Shown in pieces: positions 14,001 to 27,690 of a stretch of DNA of 64,000 nt. The stretch lies in assembly GCA_964247055.1 (NCBI GenBank), contig OZ176050.1:10664001-10728000 (forward strand), in the 5' to 3' direction. Both the position numbers and the translations under genes were made by a program. The stretch's first letter is position 1. Each line of letters opens with the position of its first letter. This stretch comes from Paragordius varius. Taxonomy: Eukaryota > Animalia > Nematomorpha. Below the pieces are notes generated by a model. The model ran no database searches. It worked only from the letters and a program-made list of their open reading frames with translations, and was not told the DNA's origin.

Positions 14001-16150
14001 ATTTACAGTATGCCTTATAATGGTGTTGCTTATTTCACACTAGAGTTGGACAGTATCGAAAAAACGTCAAAATATTGAAAAAAACATAGTAATATAATAA
14101 AAGAAATTGTTTATTCAACTTTTCGTGTTTCCATACACTACTGCGTTACAAATTGCCCAACTATAGTGTGAAATAGGCTACCATTAAAATGCATATTGTA
14201 AATGATTTTAGATTTATTGCATTTTCTTACTTTAAAATTGTCAAACTGTTGATACATGCTCTTTCAACACTTATATAATTTAAATTTAATAAAATCCATA
14301 TAATATAATTAGAAATAATAAATATATTTTATATTAAGCTGTACGGGGGATCTTTTTGTCCAGTCCTAAACAGGTGCGGGAAAGCGTTACCAAACTCGTG
14401 GCTCAAACGCTCGCCTCTTATAGACGTCAATGTGCCACAAATTCTAACACGGGTCAACTTATACTACCGGAATGTCTGAAATTATTGCCACTCTATGCCT
14501 CATGTTTACTTAAAACAGATGGAATCCTGGGAGGTTTACAAGCAAAAAATTAATTAATTCTTATAAAATTTAATATTGTAAAGAGCCATATGTTTGGATG
14601 TAAAGGTTTATGTTTGTACGAAAAAAATTAAGGGTATATGCATACTTAAAACGGACGAAATTTCAGGAGGTTTATCAGTGTTAAAACAATATATGTTTCT
14701 TAAAATGTAAAATTGTATAGAGACGTATTTTTGGATGTAAAGGTTTAAAATTGGTGTATGAAAATTGAAGCCTCAGAACTGATGGAATCATGGGAGGTTT
14801 ACTAAAAATGGCTATCGATATAAAATATTTCTTAAAATGTAAAATTGTCAATAGATATATTTTTGATGTAAGGTATTTTATTAGTGTGGAGCAAAAATTT
14901 ACTTATAATTGGTGAAATGAGATGTTTAAAGGCAAAAAAATGTTTTAAGACATTTATATTGTAAAGAGACGTATTAATGGATATATAGTTTATGCATTGA
15001 AATGAATAAAAAATGTCTGTCTGTGTGGGTGTGATTGTTTTGTTTTTCTTTTTTAAATGGAAATTCATTAAAAGGAGAGAATTTTAACTTGCCTACAAAT
15101 TTTTTGAAACCAGAAATATTCTTTTTACTGTATTGTACAAATATGTATTTTAGGTGTTTCCATAAAAACCGATGAACGAAATTGGATCTTGTATCTTATG
15201 CGGAACATGAATGTTTTTGACTCAAATTACTACATCTATCCACGCCTTTTCCCCTTGGTTAGTGCAAACTACTTTAATTTTAATATGTGGTTTATCGAAT
15301 TTTATCTTTAAATTTCTTATTTATATATACATTGGAAATTTTAGCACACTATAGACCTAAGTGATGAATCAATAACGTTGCCTCCCATGCTTAGATGTTC
15401 TGCTGCTAAAATAGAACAACATGGCGTTTACCTAATTGGTATGTTTAATCATAAATCTTACTATGATTTAAACATTTTATTGTTCGTTTAAAAGGTTTGG
15501 GTTCGTATATTTAATTTTTTTCAATAACATTTAGCAAACGGATTATATATTTTTATGTGGATCGGAAATTTGGCCAATCAAGAATTTGTACAAGAAGTTT
15601 TTGGGCTTAATTTAGTTTCCCAAATAGACGTCAATCGAGTATTATATGATTGAATTTTATATGATTATATATAAATATTTTGTAGTTTAACGTTGAAAAA
15701 TATTTTTAATTTTAGCGTTTCTCCTCTTACATACCTTACTTAAAGCTATTTTTATAAATTCAAATATATAGTTTTGTAATTTTAAATATAGCATTTTTTT
15801 CAATTTTAGGGATTACCCCGTTTACAAAATGCCATGTCTCAACGCGTAAATACCATTGTTTCCACCCTTCAATCTCAAAGCGACATATTTCCAAAAGTAT
15901 ATCTATTTTATTAATAATAATTTATTTCTCATTTGAAATTTATAAACCATAAGTAGATTAGTTTGTAACTATTTAACCTTTTTTATTTTTTAATGTCCAG
16001 TTGATATTGGTGCGGGAATCAGACGCCCAGGCTACTTGGGTTAAACGTTTGCTGTTGGAAGATCAATCAACGATATCTGGAGAAGTTCCCTCTTACGTCG
16101 ATTATTTGTGTTTTATTTACAAAGAAATCCGTGGAATGATTGAAAATTAG
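2041..16150 (+). CDS. SEC24C: COPII coat subunit Sec24C/D (about 1037 aa, 24 exons)
   Basis: Exons: 2041-2084, 2110-2128, 2162-2314, 2338-2671, 5968-6224, 7587-7698, 9058-9185, 9478-9616, 9979-10094, 10561-10688, 11007-11082, 11201-11310, 11483-11576, 11638-11754, 12566-12736, 13034-13130, 13321-13466, 13673-13811, 14339-14533, 15154-15257, 15345-15438, 15535-15638, 15810-15896, 16001-16150; sum 3114 nt, all GT-AG and phase-consistent. Motifs: [26 protein letters not shown], zinc finger [37 protein letters not shown], terminal [14 protein letters not shown]. The first four exons are low-complexity and less certain; C versus D paralog is not resolvable. Confidence 0.95.
3140..4630. mobile_element. 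Large foldback (inverted-repeat) element in Sec24 intron 4
   Basis: 3140-3330 plus 3645-4020 is the diverged reverse complement of 4085-4625 (e.g. tatcataaactactta / taagtagtttatgata; gtatcagga / tcctgatac), centre near 4050. Related fragments occur at ~18455-19070 and ~38030-38950. Confidence 0.7.
3334..3644. mobile_element. MITE with TACCATTTACA termini nested in the foldback element
   Basis: Termini tataccatttaca...tgtaaatggtata with subterminal aattcaaattcaccc repeats. It is absent from the opposite arm of the host element, implying a TA-site insertion. Second copy in reverse orientation at 62423-62680. Confidence 0.75.
5625..5940. repeat. Palindromic MITE-like element just upstream of Sec24 exon 5
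   Basis: Near-perfect central hairpin at 5768-5835 (aattaagct..aatgcgtacaaatata / tatatttgtacgcatt..agcttaatt) with diverged complementary outer arms. Confidence 0.6.
8168..8487 (-). mobile_element. 5'-truncated RTE-clade LINE 3' end
   Basis: Reverse complement encodes ..[40 protein letters not shown], the RTE/BovB-type ORF C-terminus. Confidence 0.8.
8488..8985 (+). mobile_element. 5'-truncated RTE-clade LINE 3' end with (CA)n tail
   Basis: ORF 8583-8846: [50 protein letters not shown], typical RTE C-terminus; ends in acacacacgcacacac. Confidence 0.85.
10263..10430. mobile_element. hAT (Charlie-type) MITE
   Basis: TIRs CAGAGGTGTCCAAC...GTGGATACCTCTG; flanks acctagat / atcttgat are a 6/8-matching 8-bp TSD close to the nTCTAGAn hAT preference. 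Confidence 0.7.
14515..14900 (+). repeat. Degenerate ~130-bp tandem triplication spanning a Sec24 exon end and donor
   Basis: Exon end acagatggaatcctgggag|gtttac recurs as acggacgaaatttcaggaggtttat (~14650) and actgatggaatcatgggaggtttac (~14778); tttggatgtaaaggttta and tttcttaaaatgtaaaattgt also recur. Confidence 0.6.
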
Positions 16151-17099
16151 AGAAAATTTGCAAATTTTTGATGCACACACTAAAAATTTTGTTGGTTTAT
16201 AATTTTTACACCAATATTTAACAATCCTGTTGACCGAGTTATATAATAATGTATGGATCTTTATATTATTTCCACATAAAATCCTTTATTTCATATTATT
16301 ATTATTATTTATGTATTAGGTTTATGATGTTGCATGTTAGAATACATTTATAAACCATTATTTATCTTTTTTTTAAAAAAAATAATAAATGTTTGTTTAC
16401 CATAAATTTGGGAAAACAAATTAACTATGAGTTCGATAGGAAAACACCACCAGCGTTAACAATCCGTTAAAAAATATGTGCAATATTTGGAGTTGAGTAC
16501 CAAATTATTTATAGGCAAGTTGTTATCTTAAATTATAATTATAAAAATTGTTTATAATGATTATATGAAATAGATAGATAATGAAAAAATTTATGTTAAG
16601 GTTGCCAAAAAATAATCTAAAATTATTTTTATAAATAACTCCATAAATATTTTTTGTGGGTGCTTTTATGGTAAATTTTAAATGAAATAAAGCTTTAGAT
16701 ATTTGGCTACACCACAATTTTTTTTATAAAGGTATTGATGGGCTTTTAAAATTTAGAGGAACGCCGGTCAACAACACATAAAGCTAGTTTGTTCTTTCAA
16801 AACGGAAATATAGTTGAATTATTTTCAGGAAATTATAAAATATTTAAATAATTTTTATCAAAAAATTGGTATAAAAAAATATTTTGATATAGCTATATTA
16901 TCTTATGATGAATTCTATTATGATACGATAATTAGAAAATTTATATATAAACTTATTTTTATTTTTTTATCAAAAACAGGCAGCTCAGCACCCTAAATTT
17001 TTTGAGAACCTATTTTTTGCTTAATTACATTTCACAATAGTTAAAATTTACTTAAAAATATATTTTATTATTGTTGTGCAACTTTTATCCTTTTTTCAG

Positions 17100-17940
17100 T
17101 TATAAACTTTAGCCCTCTTCTTTTCATATCCGTACACTACATTAAAAAAACATTAGAGAAGGATTGACATACGATCTCATAATTACTAAAGAAACTACTT
17201 CAATACTCGAAAATAAATATTTTATGTGGTTAAATTAATTTTAAAAACACGGTATTAGGATATACAAACAAAACCAAAATCCTTATCATAGGAAATGAGC
17301 ATATAACTATCAAGTTCTCATGCCCAGAGTGCGCCACTGAGGTAAAATCAAACTCACTTTGTTGTACAAAATGCAACCATTGGGTTATAAAAAATGCTCC
17401 AATATAGAAGAAAAATCAATTAATAACAATAATTTTATCTGCACACCATATGCTTTTTAATACCACTGCCAATATCTAATCCTTGTACTTTAAACTTTAA
17501 TGGAAAAATAGTTTATAACATCTTTTTCATATCTTGGCTATTATATAGCATCTAATGGTTCTTTGAGAGATGCGATTTCTCATAGAATGAGACAGGAATG
17601 GGCCAAATTCAATGAGTTAAAATATATTTTATATAAAAATATTAAATCGAATCATAAGTAAAAAATTAATGGGAATGATACCAATACGCTATAGAAACCT
17701 AAACTGACTTAAATAGGCTTACTGAGCTGAATATCACATGCCAAACTGCAACAATAATCTTGATAATACTATAAAAGAAGTAGAACCCATATTTCATTCA
17801 GCGCAACCGATTGCGATATTATGGGCATATAAAACGTATGAATTCCGATAATTGGCACAAAAAATACAACATCTAAAGATATCCGGCCCAAAACGGCGCC
17901 CTAAACTCTCATGGACTAAACAGCTTACCCAAGTCTTTTA
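17100..17940 (+). mobile_element. Degenerate RTE-like LINE fragment with PHD-type Cys/His cluster
   Basis: Reads KFSCPECATEVKSNSLCCTKCNHWV.. (~17330-17385) and RMRQEWAKFNEL (~17585), with stops and frameshifts; same architecture as 52270-53341. Confidence 0.6.
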
Positions 17941-19453
17941 AAATTCAATGTTGAACAGGAACAAGTTTTTAATTTAACATTGTTCACACATTTGGTGTAT
18001 GGTAACCCCAGGGACCCTGTGACCTAAAACGGAAGTATGGATGGGTTAAAGGGGGTGCCATATTTTGTGTTATTGTTTGTACCACGCCATTTTTTTCGGT
18101 TTTCAATTTCCTGAGGTTTTTAGTCAAAAATATGACTACTTTCACCCAATATTTAATTGACTATGATACAAACATTTTTTCTCATAAGTAACAATCTGAA
18201 TTTTTAAATATTATAAACTCCACCAAAACAAAAATGGCATGACAATTATGCCATCAGAATATTGTATATATTCCTAGATATTTATCAAGATAATTTTTCA
18301 TAGTTGTATGAATAATTACATCCAAATTTAGCGTCGAAAATGAGTTTTCGTTTTTTAGTGGAATTTAGCACCTTTCAAAATCCCAACATTGGATACTCTG
18401 TACACACTGCATCCAAAATCGGGGGTATATAAAATTTCCTGAGGAAATACATATAATCTGATAGGAAAAGGTATCAGGATCATCATTGTTCTTTTGGTTT
18501 TGGCACTTATATATGTTATTAATTTATCATTATGCAGGAACCGCTCACAAGATAAAAGAGTAAGAACATATTTTAAAAAAGTATTAATATTTAAACGTAA
18601 GCTCCAAAACTCTCCAATTTTTTACCGTTCTAAAATGGGCTAGTTAATTTTTAAACGCAAAAAGCCTATAATCGGTAAATGAATATGAGCTAAATTTTGA
18701 TATCAACTAAAAATATTTTTTAGCATATTTTTTCAAAAATTAAATTTATAGCAATTATTGAGGCATACTTATTATTTTTAGGCATAGTGGAAACGGTAAA
18801 AAGCTAAATAGGTATATATATATATATATATATATATATCTTTATGATTATTTAAAGGTTCGTTTGCTTTCATATATTTGGTCAATTTTGTAAAAACACA
18901 ATATATATTTAACATAAATTCAAGAACGAAAACGACTATATTTAAAATTATGAGGCAAAATTTTTTGTATAAAAGTGTTTTTATAATATCTTATAGCATT
19001 TTCATCCGTTTATACCATGCCTCAAAATAGTGTGAAGTAGGCTTCATAGAATTTTGTTAAAAATTGAGTTTTTTGGATTGATTTAACTTCCAACAAGTTT
19101 TGAGCCACTGCCATCAAAACATTATTTACTTGGGAGCTATATCATCAGAATTTAGAAATTTTCTCCCATCATATTTTTACAGTATATCCATGCCGATTTT
19201 GTGGCCGCTACTATATAAATTTTAGATTTCTTAAAATAAATGGACAAAGTTATTTATCTGACCGGGTATAATTTAATCGGTTAATTAATATTAAAAATAA
19301 AATTTACCGGCAAATATTTTTACATAACCGATAAATATTTTTGGTTTTGCACACAAGTTTAAAAATTCGTTATGCAAACCAATTGTTTTTTTCACATTCG
19401 TTTTCTTATCCAATCAATATACAATGTACCAAATTCAAATATTATAACGTAAT

Positions 19454-22400
19454 ATGGAACAATTGATCAAGAAAATCGAAGATAAACCTTCCCGCATTCC
19501 GATTTGTACGCAAAAATTGTCAATAATGCCACGAATGCCATTGCGTAATATTGATATTATTAATTCTGATAATTGTATTAAGGAGAAAATCTCCGATGTG
19601 AAAAAGATTGTAAATCCTACTATAAAAGCAACGCAAAAAATTTTACGACGAAGTATACGTCAAAAAAAGACAACTGTTCCATATGTAATTCCGAAAAAAA
19701 ATATTCTTACTAAACAAAAATCAAATGTAGACATCAAAAAATCATATAAAAATAATCCTCAGGACATTACTAATAAACCAAAAAAGGCCAGATTAAACTT
19801 CACTCAAAACACATTTATGACATCTTCCGATAAAATTAAGTATTTGGAGGCAGAAAATGTCAAATTAAATTCAAGTTTAAAGGATTTTCAAAATCGTATT
19901 GCAAAGTTTGAATCGCAAATAGAAGAGCACTCCTCCCATGTTTCAAAATATAAAACTGCATATGAAAAAGAATCAGATCAAGCTAAACAACTCCTTGTGA
20001 CATACAACAAATGCAAAACAGATTTAGATGATTTGACTAAGGTAAAATTGGAGTTAGATCATCTTAATAAAACACTAACTGACGAAAATGTCAAATATAA
20101 ATTAGAAAACGAAACCTTACAGATACAGTTGGAAGAAACACAAAAATCTTTGGCTCAAACTGTTCTTTTACACGAACAGGTGGAAGCCAAATTAAGTAAA
20201 CTACAAAATGAATATGAAAGTGTGTTAGAAAATTTTGCGGGTCTTCAGAGTCGAAATCTATCCCTAATTCAACGCAATAAATGGCTTTGTCAAGCGCTCT
20301 ACCAAGCCGAAATCAAGCGTCGTAATTTACATAATCAAATTATGGATTTAAAAGGGAATATCCGTGTTTTTTGCCGTGTTCGTCCCTTACTTCCCCATGA
20401 ACTTATAGAAAGTAATAACTTTACCAATAAAGTTGGATCAAATATGGATGCATTAAAACAACAACAACAATCTTGTATAAATGTCCCAACTGTCCCAGGG
20501 TCCGATAGCGTTTTGGATAATACCATAATTGAGATTTGCAAATGGCAAGAACACGTGATGACTTCCAATATCTGTCGGCAATCTTTGAAACCGTCTGGTA
20601 ATAGTCATACAGATTTGGGTTCTTTGGCCGCAAATAATGCCCACTTTTCACGAGGTAAAAAATGAATGGATAATCGTTTTTGAATAGAAGTACTCTATTT
20701 TTATTAGTATTTCAACGCTTTTAAAAGGTTTTACAACGAGAAATTTTAAAATAAGGTATTAGAAAACTTACTTGCTTATAAAGTTCAAAATTCTTGAAAT
20801 TTAAACACGATAAATTATTCAGTACGCATTATTTTTGACCATGCATTTTTATTAAAAGAGTGGAATCCCGTTTAATTTATTTTAAAAAGGGTTATGATGC
20901 GGATAGTAGGCCATGTATTTCTAACAATAGGGATATAAGTTGAATCTACTATTTATGGATACTGATAATTTTTTAATATAAACTTTAATTTTTACCCATT
21001 TTTTACTTAAATAAAAGCATCAATAGCTCCTACACTTGGTCAATCAATGGATGATAGTTGCATTGGTAAGTTGAACAACACAAATAATTATGTACCAACA
21101 GTCTTGCATAAATTTAAATTTGATCACGTTTTTGGACCAGAAACAACTCAATCAGACGTTTATAGCGAAGTTTCTGGACTTATTCAAAGTGCCCTAGACG
21201 GTTATAACGTATGCATTTTTGCTTATGGTGCCACTGGAAGTGGGAAAACTTATACAATGGAAGGTGGCTTAACCCACTCTAAAATTATTTCAAACCTAAA
21301 AAACACGAACACAAATAAGGTTAGTTCAGATATAATATTTTTTATGTTTAAATTTGTGGTTTTTATAATTTTTTTTGTAATATTAAATTCCGTAAAACCC
21401 AAACATAAATTGTCAAAATATAAAAAGGATGTAATCGATTCTTATTTAAATTACCAATTTTTTTGAAAAAGTATATTGTTTTTTTTCCAAAAACGCAAAT
21501 TTTATTCCCGGTAAAATCCATATTCATCGTTGGGTAATAAATTATCTATTTTAATCCTTAATAGAAAATTAATACTTGTTAGTTATATAAATTTTTAATC
21601 AGTTGAATAATATATCGGTTTTACATATTTTATCAATCCAAAAAATATTTTTTTGGCGAGAAGTGTAAAAATAAATATAATTTATAAATTTCCGTTTTCA
21701 GTGTGGAAAATTTTAGGTATTTTAAATACGTAAAGATTTGTTAAATATTAATTTATTAATACTTCATTTTCTTATAGAACGGAGATTATTTCGATGAAGA
21801 TACCGCAATCAACAACAGCAATGAAATGGTTGATACAAATAATAATGATCAGTATTCCCTTAGCCAACAAATGGGACTTATACCTCGTGCTTTTCAACAC
21901 ATTTTTTCACATTTGGCAAAATTGGAGAATCTCATGAATACGTCAACTTTGGATGCCGAGGAAAGACAAATTTTATCGTCCTCTAAAACAAGTTTAATGC
22001 AAAATGGTGAAATGTCCAAGGATGATTTTTATAGTAAAAGTGACTCCAATGAATATGAACAGCATGCAAACGGAGAGAAAATGAGGAATGTTCGGTTTGA
22101 GCTTACGGCAAATTTCATTGAAATTTACAATGACAAGATTCGTGATCTGCTGTTTGAAACTAAGGGAGGCGCTGGTGGTGAACAACCCGACTTTAAAATC
22201 AAAATGGGGGATGGGGAGGATAATATTATATCTCCGGATGTTACCAAAGTTTAAATTGATATTACGTATTATAAAAATGAAAAGTGCTTATGAAGAAACT
22301 TACAATATAATTTATGGAAAACTCCTTGAAATATAGATTTTAAATTGTGATACATCACTTTTTTAAAACAATGATATTTGCTGAAATATTTTTTCTTTCA

Positions 22401-23807
22401 AAATTTATTAAACATTTATTTCATACAACCTCAAAATAAGGGTAATTTATATATTATCAACGAATAAATAACCATATACTTTACATTATATTTTCATCCA
22501 ATAGATTCGTATTACGGAATGGTCTCAGGTCTTACATCTCCTAAAGCGAGCACACAAAAATCGAGCCGTGGCAGAAACGAAACTCAATCAAAGTTCGTCC
22601 CGTAGCCATTCAGTGTTTCAACTCAAGATTGACAAATTTCAAGAATCTATCAATCATGGTAGCAATAATAAAGTGTCTAGCTCTGATTACCAATTCGTTT
22701 CTAGCAGTATATTATCGCTCGTGGATTTGGCTGGGAGCGAAAGAATAAAACAATCCGGATCCACGCATGGGGATAGATTGGCTGAAGCCAAGCATATCAA
22801 TTCAAGTTTATCGGCTCTGAGCACGGTTATAACGTGTTTGGCTAAAAAGGCAAAGCATATACCATATAGGTATATAATACGTTTTGGAAATGGTGCAATA
22901 AAACATTTTTTTGTTTATTACAATCATGTATATATATATATATATAGTGGATCAGCTTTTTATTATAAATCGTTTGAAAAGAATTCATGCTGATCATCAT
23001 GCACTTTTCTGATTCGAAATAAGCTTTTTTTAATTTGAATCGGTTTAAGTTAAGCATATCTTTCCACAAGCTTACTAGTTTTTAGGTATTTATGGGGTCC
23101 TAATATGAACTATATCAAAATAGTTAAAATTTGATCCATTTCAAATGTTTTTTTATATTATTTTGCAATAATGTTTCATTGAAATTAAATGAAAAGTATT
23201 TTATATATTCTCAAATGAAGTCCTGATGCGTATATTAGTCATGTATTTTTCCCATATTTGGCAATATGATGGAATAAACTGCATATATTTATGATCAGTT
23301 TCATATAATGTGGCGGTAGTGTTATAATTAGGAAAACGTACACATTTATTAAAATTAATAAATTTATAATGTTTGAGGCTAAAGTACTCAATAATATCGA
23401 ATTTATAATGTGTTTACATACATTTATTACACTGTAGATTAAATATAAATTTTAATATAGTACCGTTTAGACATCAATAAAATTAACGTAACACTGTAAT
23501 TTAGCTATAATCAGTAGTTTCATTGTTTTTATTCATCTGTCTTCCACATATCCGCTTTTATTTTCATATTCCCCAATACGTATTTATTATATATAATTTA
23601 TTACTGCTCGTATGATATAGAAACAGCAAATTGACTCATTTGTTGAAATCAAGTTTAGGGTGTGGAAACAGTAAAACCCTCATGTTTGTCAATGTTTCCC
23701 CACTGGAATCTCGTATGGAAGAAACTGTTACCTCTTTACGATTTGCTTCAAACGTCAATGCATGTAACATTGGTGTTGCAACTGTCAACAATAATAAGCA
23801 GAGTTAA
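19454..23807 (+). CDS. KIFC1: Kinesin-14 (C-terminal motor; KIFC1/HSET/Ncd/Kar3 type), about 841 aa, 5 exons
   Basis: Exons 19454-20654, 21018-21319, 21778-22248, 22505-22869, 23621-23807 (2526 nt). Basic N-terminal tail, coiled coil, neck [24 protein letters not shown]-loop [65 protein letters not shown]. Confidence 0.95.
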
Positions 23808-24289
23808 TTTACCAAATTATATACAATTAATAATTACAATTACTGTCGCTATTGTTATTATTAATATTATCACGATTATTGTTTCATTTAGTAAATAAAT
23901 TATAAATTTCCGTTTACTTCTTTGGTACCGAGATTTTATAATTTACATGAGGATATATTTTTTAATGTATATTTAAAATTAAATATTCTAGAAAGCTCAT
24001 TCATAGTGACCCATTTTTTAAACTAATCTGATTATCACAATTATTTTATTGTAAATTAAATAATAATCTAAAATATTTATCATTCTAGACATATATAATC
24101 ATTTTTATTGTTTTTGTTTAATTTATTAAATACCCGAAAACTAGTTGGTTTATTATAAGATATGCGGAATTTTAACAGATCAAACTTAGCACTAAACTTA
24201 AAAATGCGGATAGTGCAAGCGTCGTTGTGGGGAGAATACTTTATTATCCCGAAAAAATCTTATTGTTCATTGCATCTAATTCATCCAGA

Positions 24290-25000
24290 TAATGATTGAA
24301 ATTTATCAATGTCGCAAATATCGCCCTTCTAGCCTCGCAACTTACTGTTAAATTTGTTTCTCCAAATAAAATGAATTAGAATTTTCTTATTTTTGGTTTT
24401 ATAAGGATGATCTTGATTTTTGTAATATTCGAACCTAACTTTGTATAATTCAAGATATAAATACCAATTCAATATTCGCCTACCATCTCAAAACCCGCTA
24501 AACATACTGCTACTAGAAATAGAGTTAAATATAAGAATCGGTCTTATTGGGTTGTCCCTTGAAAAAGTTTCCTTAAAATCAAATCAATTTATCCGGAGAG
24601 ATAAATTTATTTTAAGTTTCTGTTAATGCTATAGTAAATTAATGCTTATTAATTTTTTTATGAATTTCTCAGTAATTCTAAATGTCTTTTATAGGTCAAT
24701 CGCAAAATATAATTCATATTGTAGAAAATTTTTATTATATGTGTTACCTAATCCTACGAAATTCAAATTTAATTTAACATTGAAAATATCAAAATTATGA
24801 TGGGATCTTTCTAGTTCAACAACTATGTTCACATTTGACTTGTTATAAAAAAATAAGAATTAAATCATGTGTTCAAATGATCTCAAATTTTATCTTATAT
24901 AATTTCATTATTTATTCTGCCCTATAAAATAATTAATAAATAAGGAACACTACTCTCTAAGATCTATTCTAGAATCTAGTCAAGCAATTGAATACAAATT
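24290..25000 (+). mobile_element. Highly degenerate CR1/Jockey-like reverse-transcriptase remnant
   Basis: Fragments KYRPSSLAT (YRPISL motif) and NILLLEIELNIRIGLIGLSLEKVSLKSNQFIR (AFD..H..LL.KL region), with many stops. Confidence 0.45.
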
Positions 25001-27204
25001 GTGATACTATAAACGCCAAATAACGCGCCATAATAAAATTTCATCACACTTGTATGACAGTTAAAGAAATTTTTTATTTTTTTTTTCATCATCATTTTTA
25101 ATTACTTTATTTCGGCCATATTTTGTTGTCTCCAAATTAATTTTTTCCAAGAATTAAACCATCATGGAATACTAATGATTTTTCAAAAAGATATAATAAT
25201 ATTAATTAAATAACAATATTAATTTTGTATAAAATAAAATATAGGATAAGACGCTGACACCTTTATCTAGTTAGTGTAATTAATTAACTCCACAGATCAT
25301 ATTTTTTATGCATATAATAAATATTTTACATTGTACATAATTTTATATTTATTATATTGACTTTTTCAATTAGCGTCAACCATGTTTATACCTATCATGT
25401 TTTAGTTAATATTCCAAAAAAATTTGCATCGTCAAGAATAATGATAAAAATTATTTTTGTACCATTGATAAAATTGTTAAAAAATTTATAAGATATATTA
25501 AAATTCTTAAAGTGTACACAGGGCTACGTTTTTTTAACAGTAAAAATATATCAATGGGACGTCAAACAAGTTATCTATTAAAGATATTTCATGTAAGAAT
25601 AATATCCGCCCACACAAAATTATTAATCAAAACATCTTATAAATAAAATTGTATAAAAAATATCAAAAGATTTAAAGTTGTGACTTTTACGTCTTTCAGA
25701 CGTGTACCCATTTCAATGTAATAATTTTACAAATGTATAGCTGGTAGGTTATTTTTTAAGTTATTAAGGCCCATTGTACTTTAAAATAGAGTTATGAAAT
25801 ATTTACGGGCACCCAAAATCGTGCCTATCTTTGCAATAATTTTCGGAAAAAATGTAGGCCCATTCAAATTTAATAATGGGTAATTGGAACGTGTTTAGTA
25901 GTATTACACTATATCTATAATATACTGAGGTTTTAGCTATCAAACAATTGGCAAATAATTATTTTTTATATGCATATGTTGACTAGCGTTATTTGTAAAA
26001 ACTGTATAAATATAAACTAGGTGGAAGGGAGGGCAAGAATTTCTCAATACTTATATATGTTTGGAGTTAACTTTTTTTCAGTTAATTGTAAAAAAAATAT
26101 ATCATGAACCCGCGCAAACTCGTTTTGACTTAATCTGAGCGACGTGTGACGGTATAAACGATATATTGTTGTATTTTGATTAACGTCAATTATATATTTT
26201 TAAGACAAATAATATTAATATAATAATTTTAACTGGCTTTAATCAGTTTTATAATTTTAAATTTTTAAATTGATTAATAATTTGGAAAAGTCTAAAAATA
26301 TTTAAAATGGCATTATTAATTTGCTACATATTACAATAGTAATAGCAACTCATACGTGTATTAAAGGAGTTAATGAATTTTTAAGGTAATTTACAATCAC
26401 CAAATAACAATAAATTCCATTTACCTTAAGTTAATGCATTGCTTAGCTTTGTTTTATTTATTGGAATTCATGTCGTGAATTGTGTATGTACAAGGTTTCC
26501 TCCATTCAATTTTTTTTCAAAAACAAAACACAATAACATTCATCTTATATTTAAAATTTTAATATTGACAAAATATATACGAAAAGCAAAATATTTGATA
26601 TATTTTGGTTCAAAACACAACGCTAAGTAAGATCCAATAAACTTTTACATTTTTATATTAAAAAAATGATTTCTTAATAGTTTAAAAGGGTTTGTTCTCC
26701 AAAAACCGACAGTTTTTACAATAGTTTGTATATAAAAATGGGGGGAAATCATAGAATATATATATACAATTTTATTTTCAATATACTTTGGATTTTTTTA
26801 TATATTATTACAAATAATTCGTAATATTGACACACAGGTAGATACTAGAAAGAATATTGATGTGGTTAATGCCTCCCAAACTTTAATATTTAGTAGTAAA
26901 TTTTTTATTTTTTTTCCATCTCACATTATATTATTGATCGTGTTGTGTACATATTAATTTTAATCAAATTAATTATTTATGATTCATTTTATTTTAATTT
27001 ATATATAGATATACTATATATGTATAAAATAAGTACTAAAGAGTTTAATATTCATGCGCTCTATATATGCTGCTATATCATTTTTTTCTACAAATAAAAA
27101 TCTAAAATTTACTAAAAAAAACCTAAATAACGCCTCTCATTATTTTTATTTCCATGTATTTTTAATCTTTTTTTTAATACTACTTGGATACAACAGTTTA
27201 TTTC

Positions 27205-27690
27205 AGTTCTTCGATTCCAATTTAGTGGGATACCCCAGGCTTGTTTAAAAATACTTCAAAAAATATGGAAGGAATCAAAACAATGGCAAAAGTTTGCACT
27301 TATATAACATTAATGAACCGAAATAAAAAAATCAATCAAAAATTTTGTCAACCTGACATACATTCATGCATTAGCTATTAAAAATAATACAAAATAAACC
27401 ACTTTTTCTATTTCTATCATTTAAATAAAAAATTAGCTTTATTTTTGGCTTTAAAATTAAATAATACGATATTTTGCAAAAATGTTGCAAAATAAAAATG
27501 GCGTCGAAGTAAGATATTGTATTTATTTAAAACCAAATTTTATTAAAATATTTCGGCTTATTTATACAATTGTTATTAGGAGAAAAGTATAAATTTAACT
27601 TAGGACCATTTCTTTCAGTATTTTTTCAAAAATATCAACTTAAATATAGTCGGGGGTATTTAGATACCCCAATTCGATTCGAAGTGTTAA
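27205..27690. repeat. MITE-like repeat family (ggggt..acccc subterminal motif, ends in gtgttaa)
   Basis: Inverted ends ttcgattccaatt..gggatacccc / ggggt..acccc aattcgattcgaagtgttaa; internal aaaatggcgtcgaa is shared with ~810-835 (reverse) and ~37130-37570. Confidence 0.45.

Noticed and set aside
19400-19453. CCAAT boxes and CHR-like TTTGAA upstream of a mitotic kinesin
   Set aside because: Biologically fitting, but such short motifs occur constantly by chance in DNA this AT-rich.
20335-20651. Three overlapping minus-strand ORFs
   Set aside because: Antisense shadows of kinesin exon 1; the same applies to 21994-22185 and 22842-23069.
24190-24345. Minus-strand exon-like frame SCEARRAIFATLINFNHYLDELDAM
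   Set aside because: Overlaps the plus-strand CR1-like RT remnant; no linked upstream exons found.
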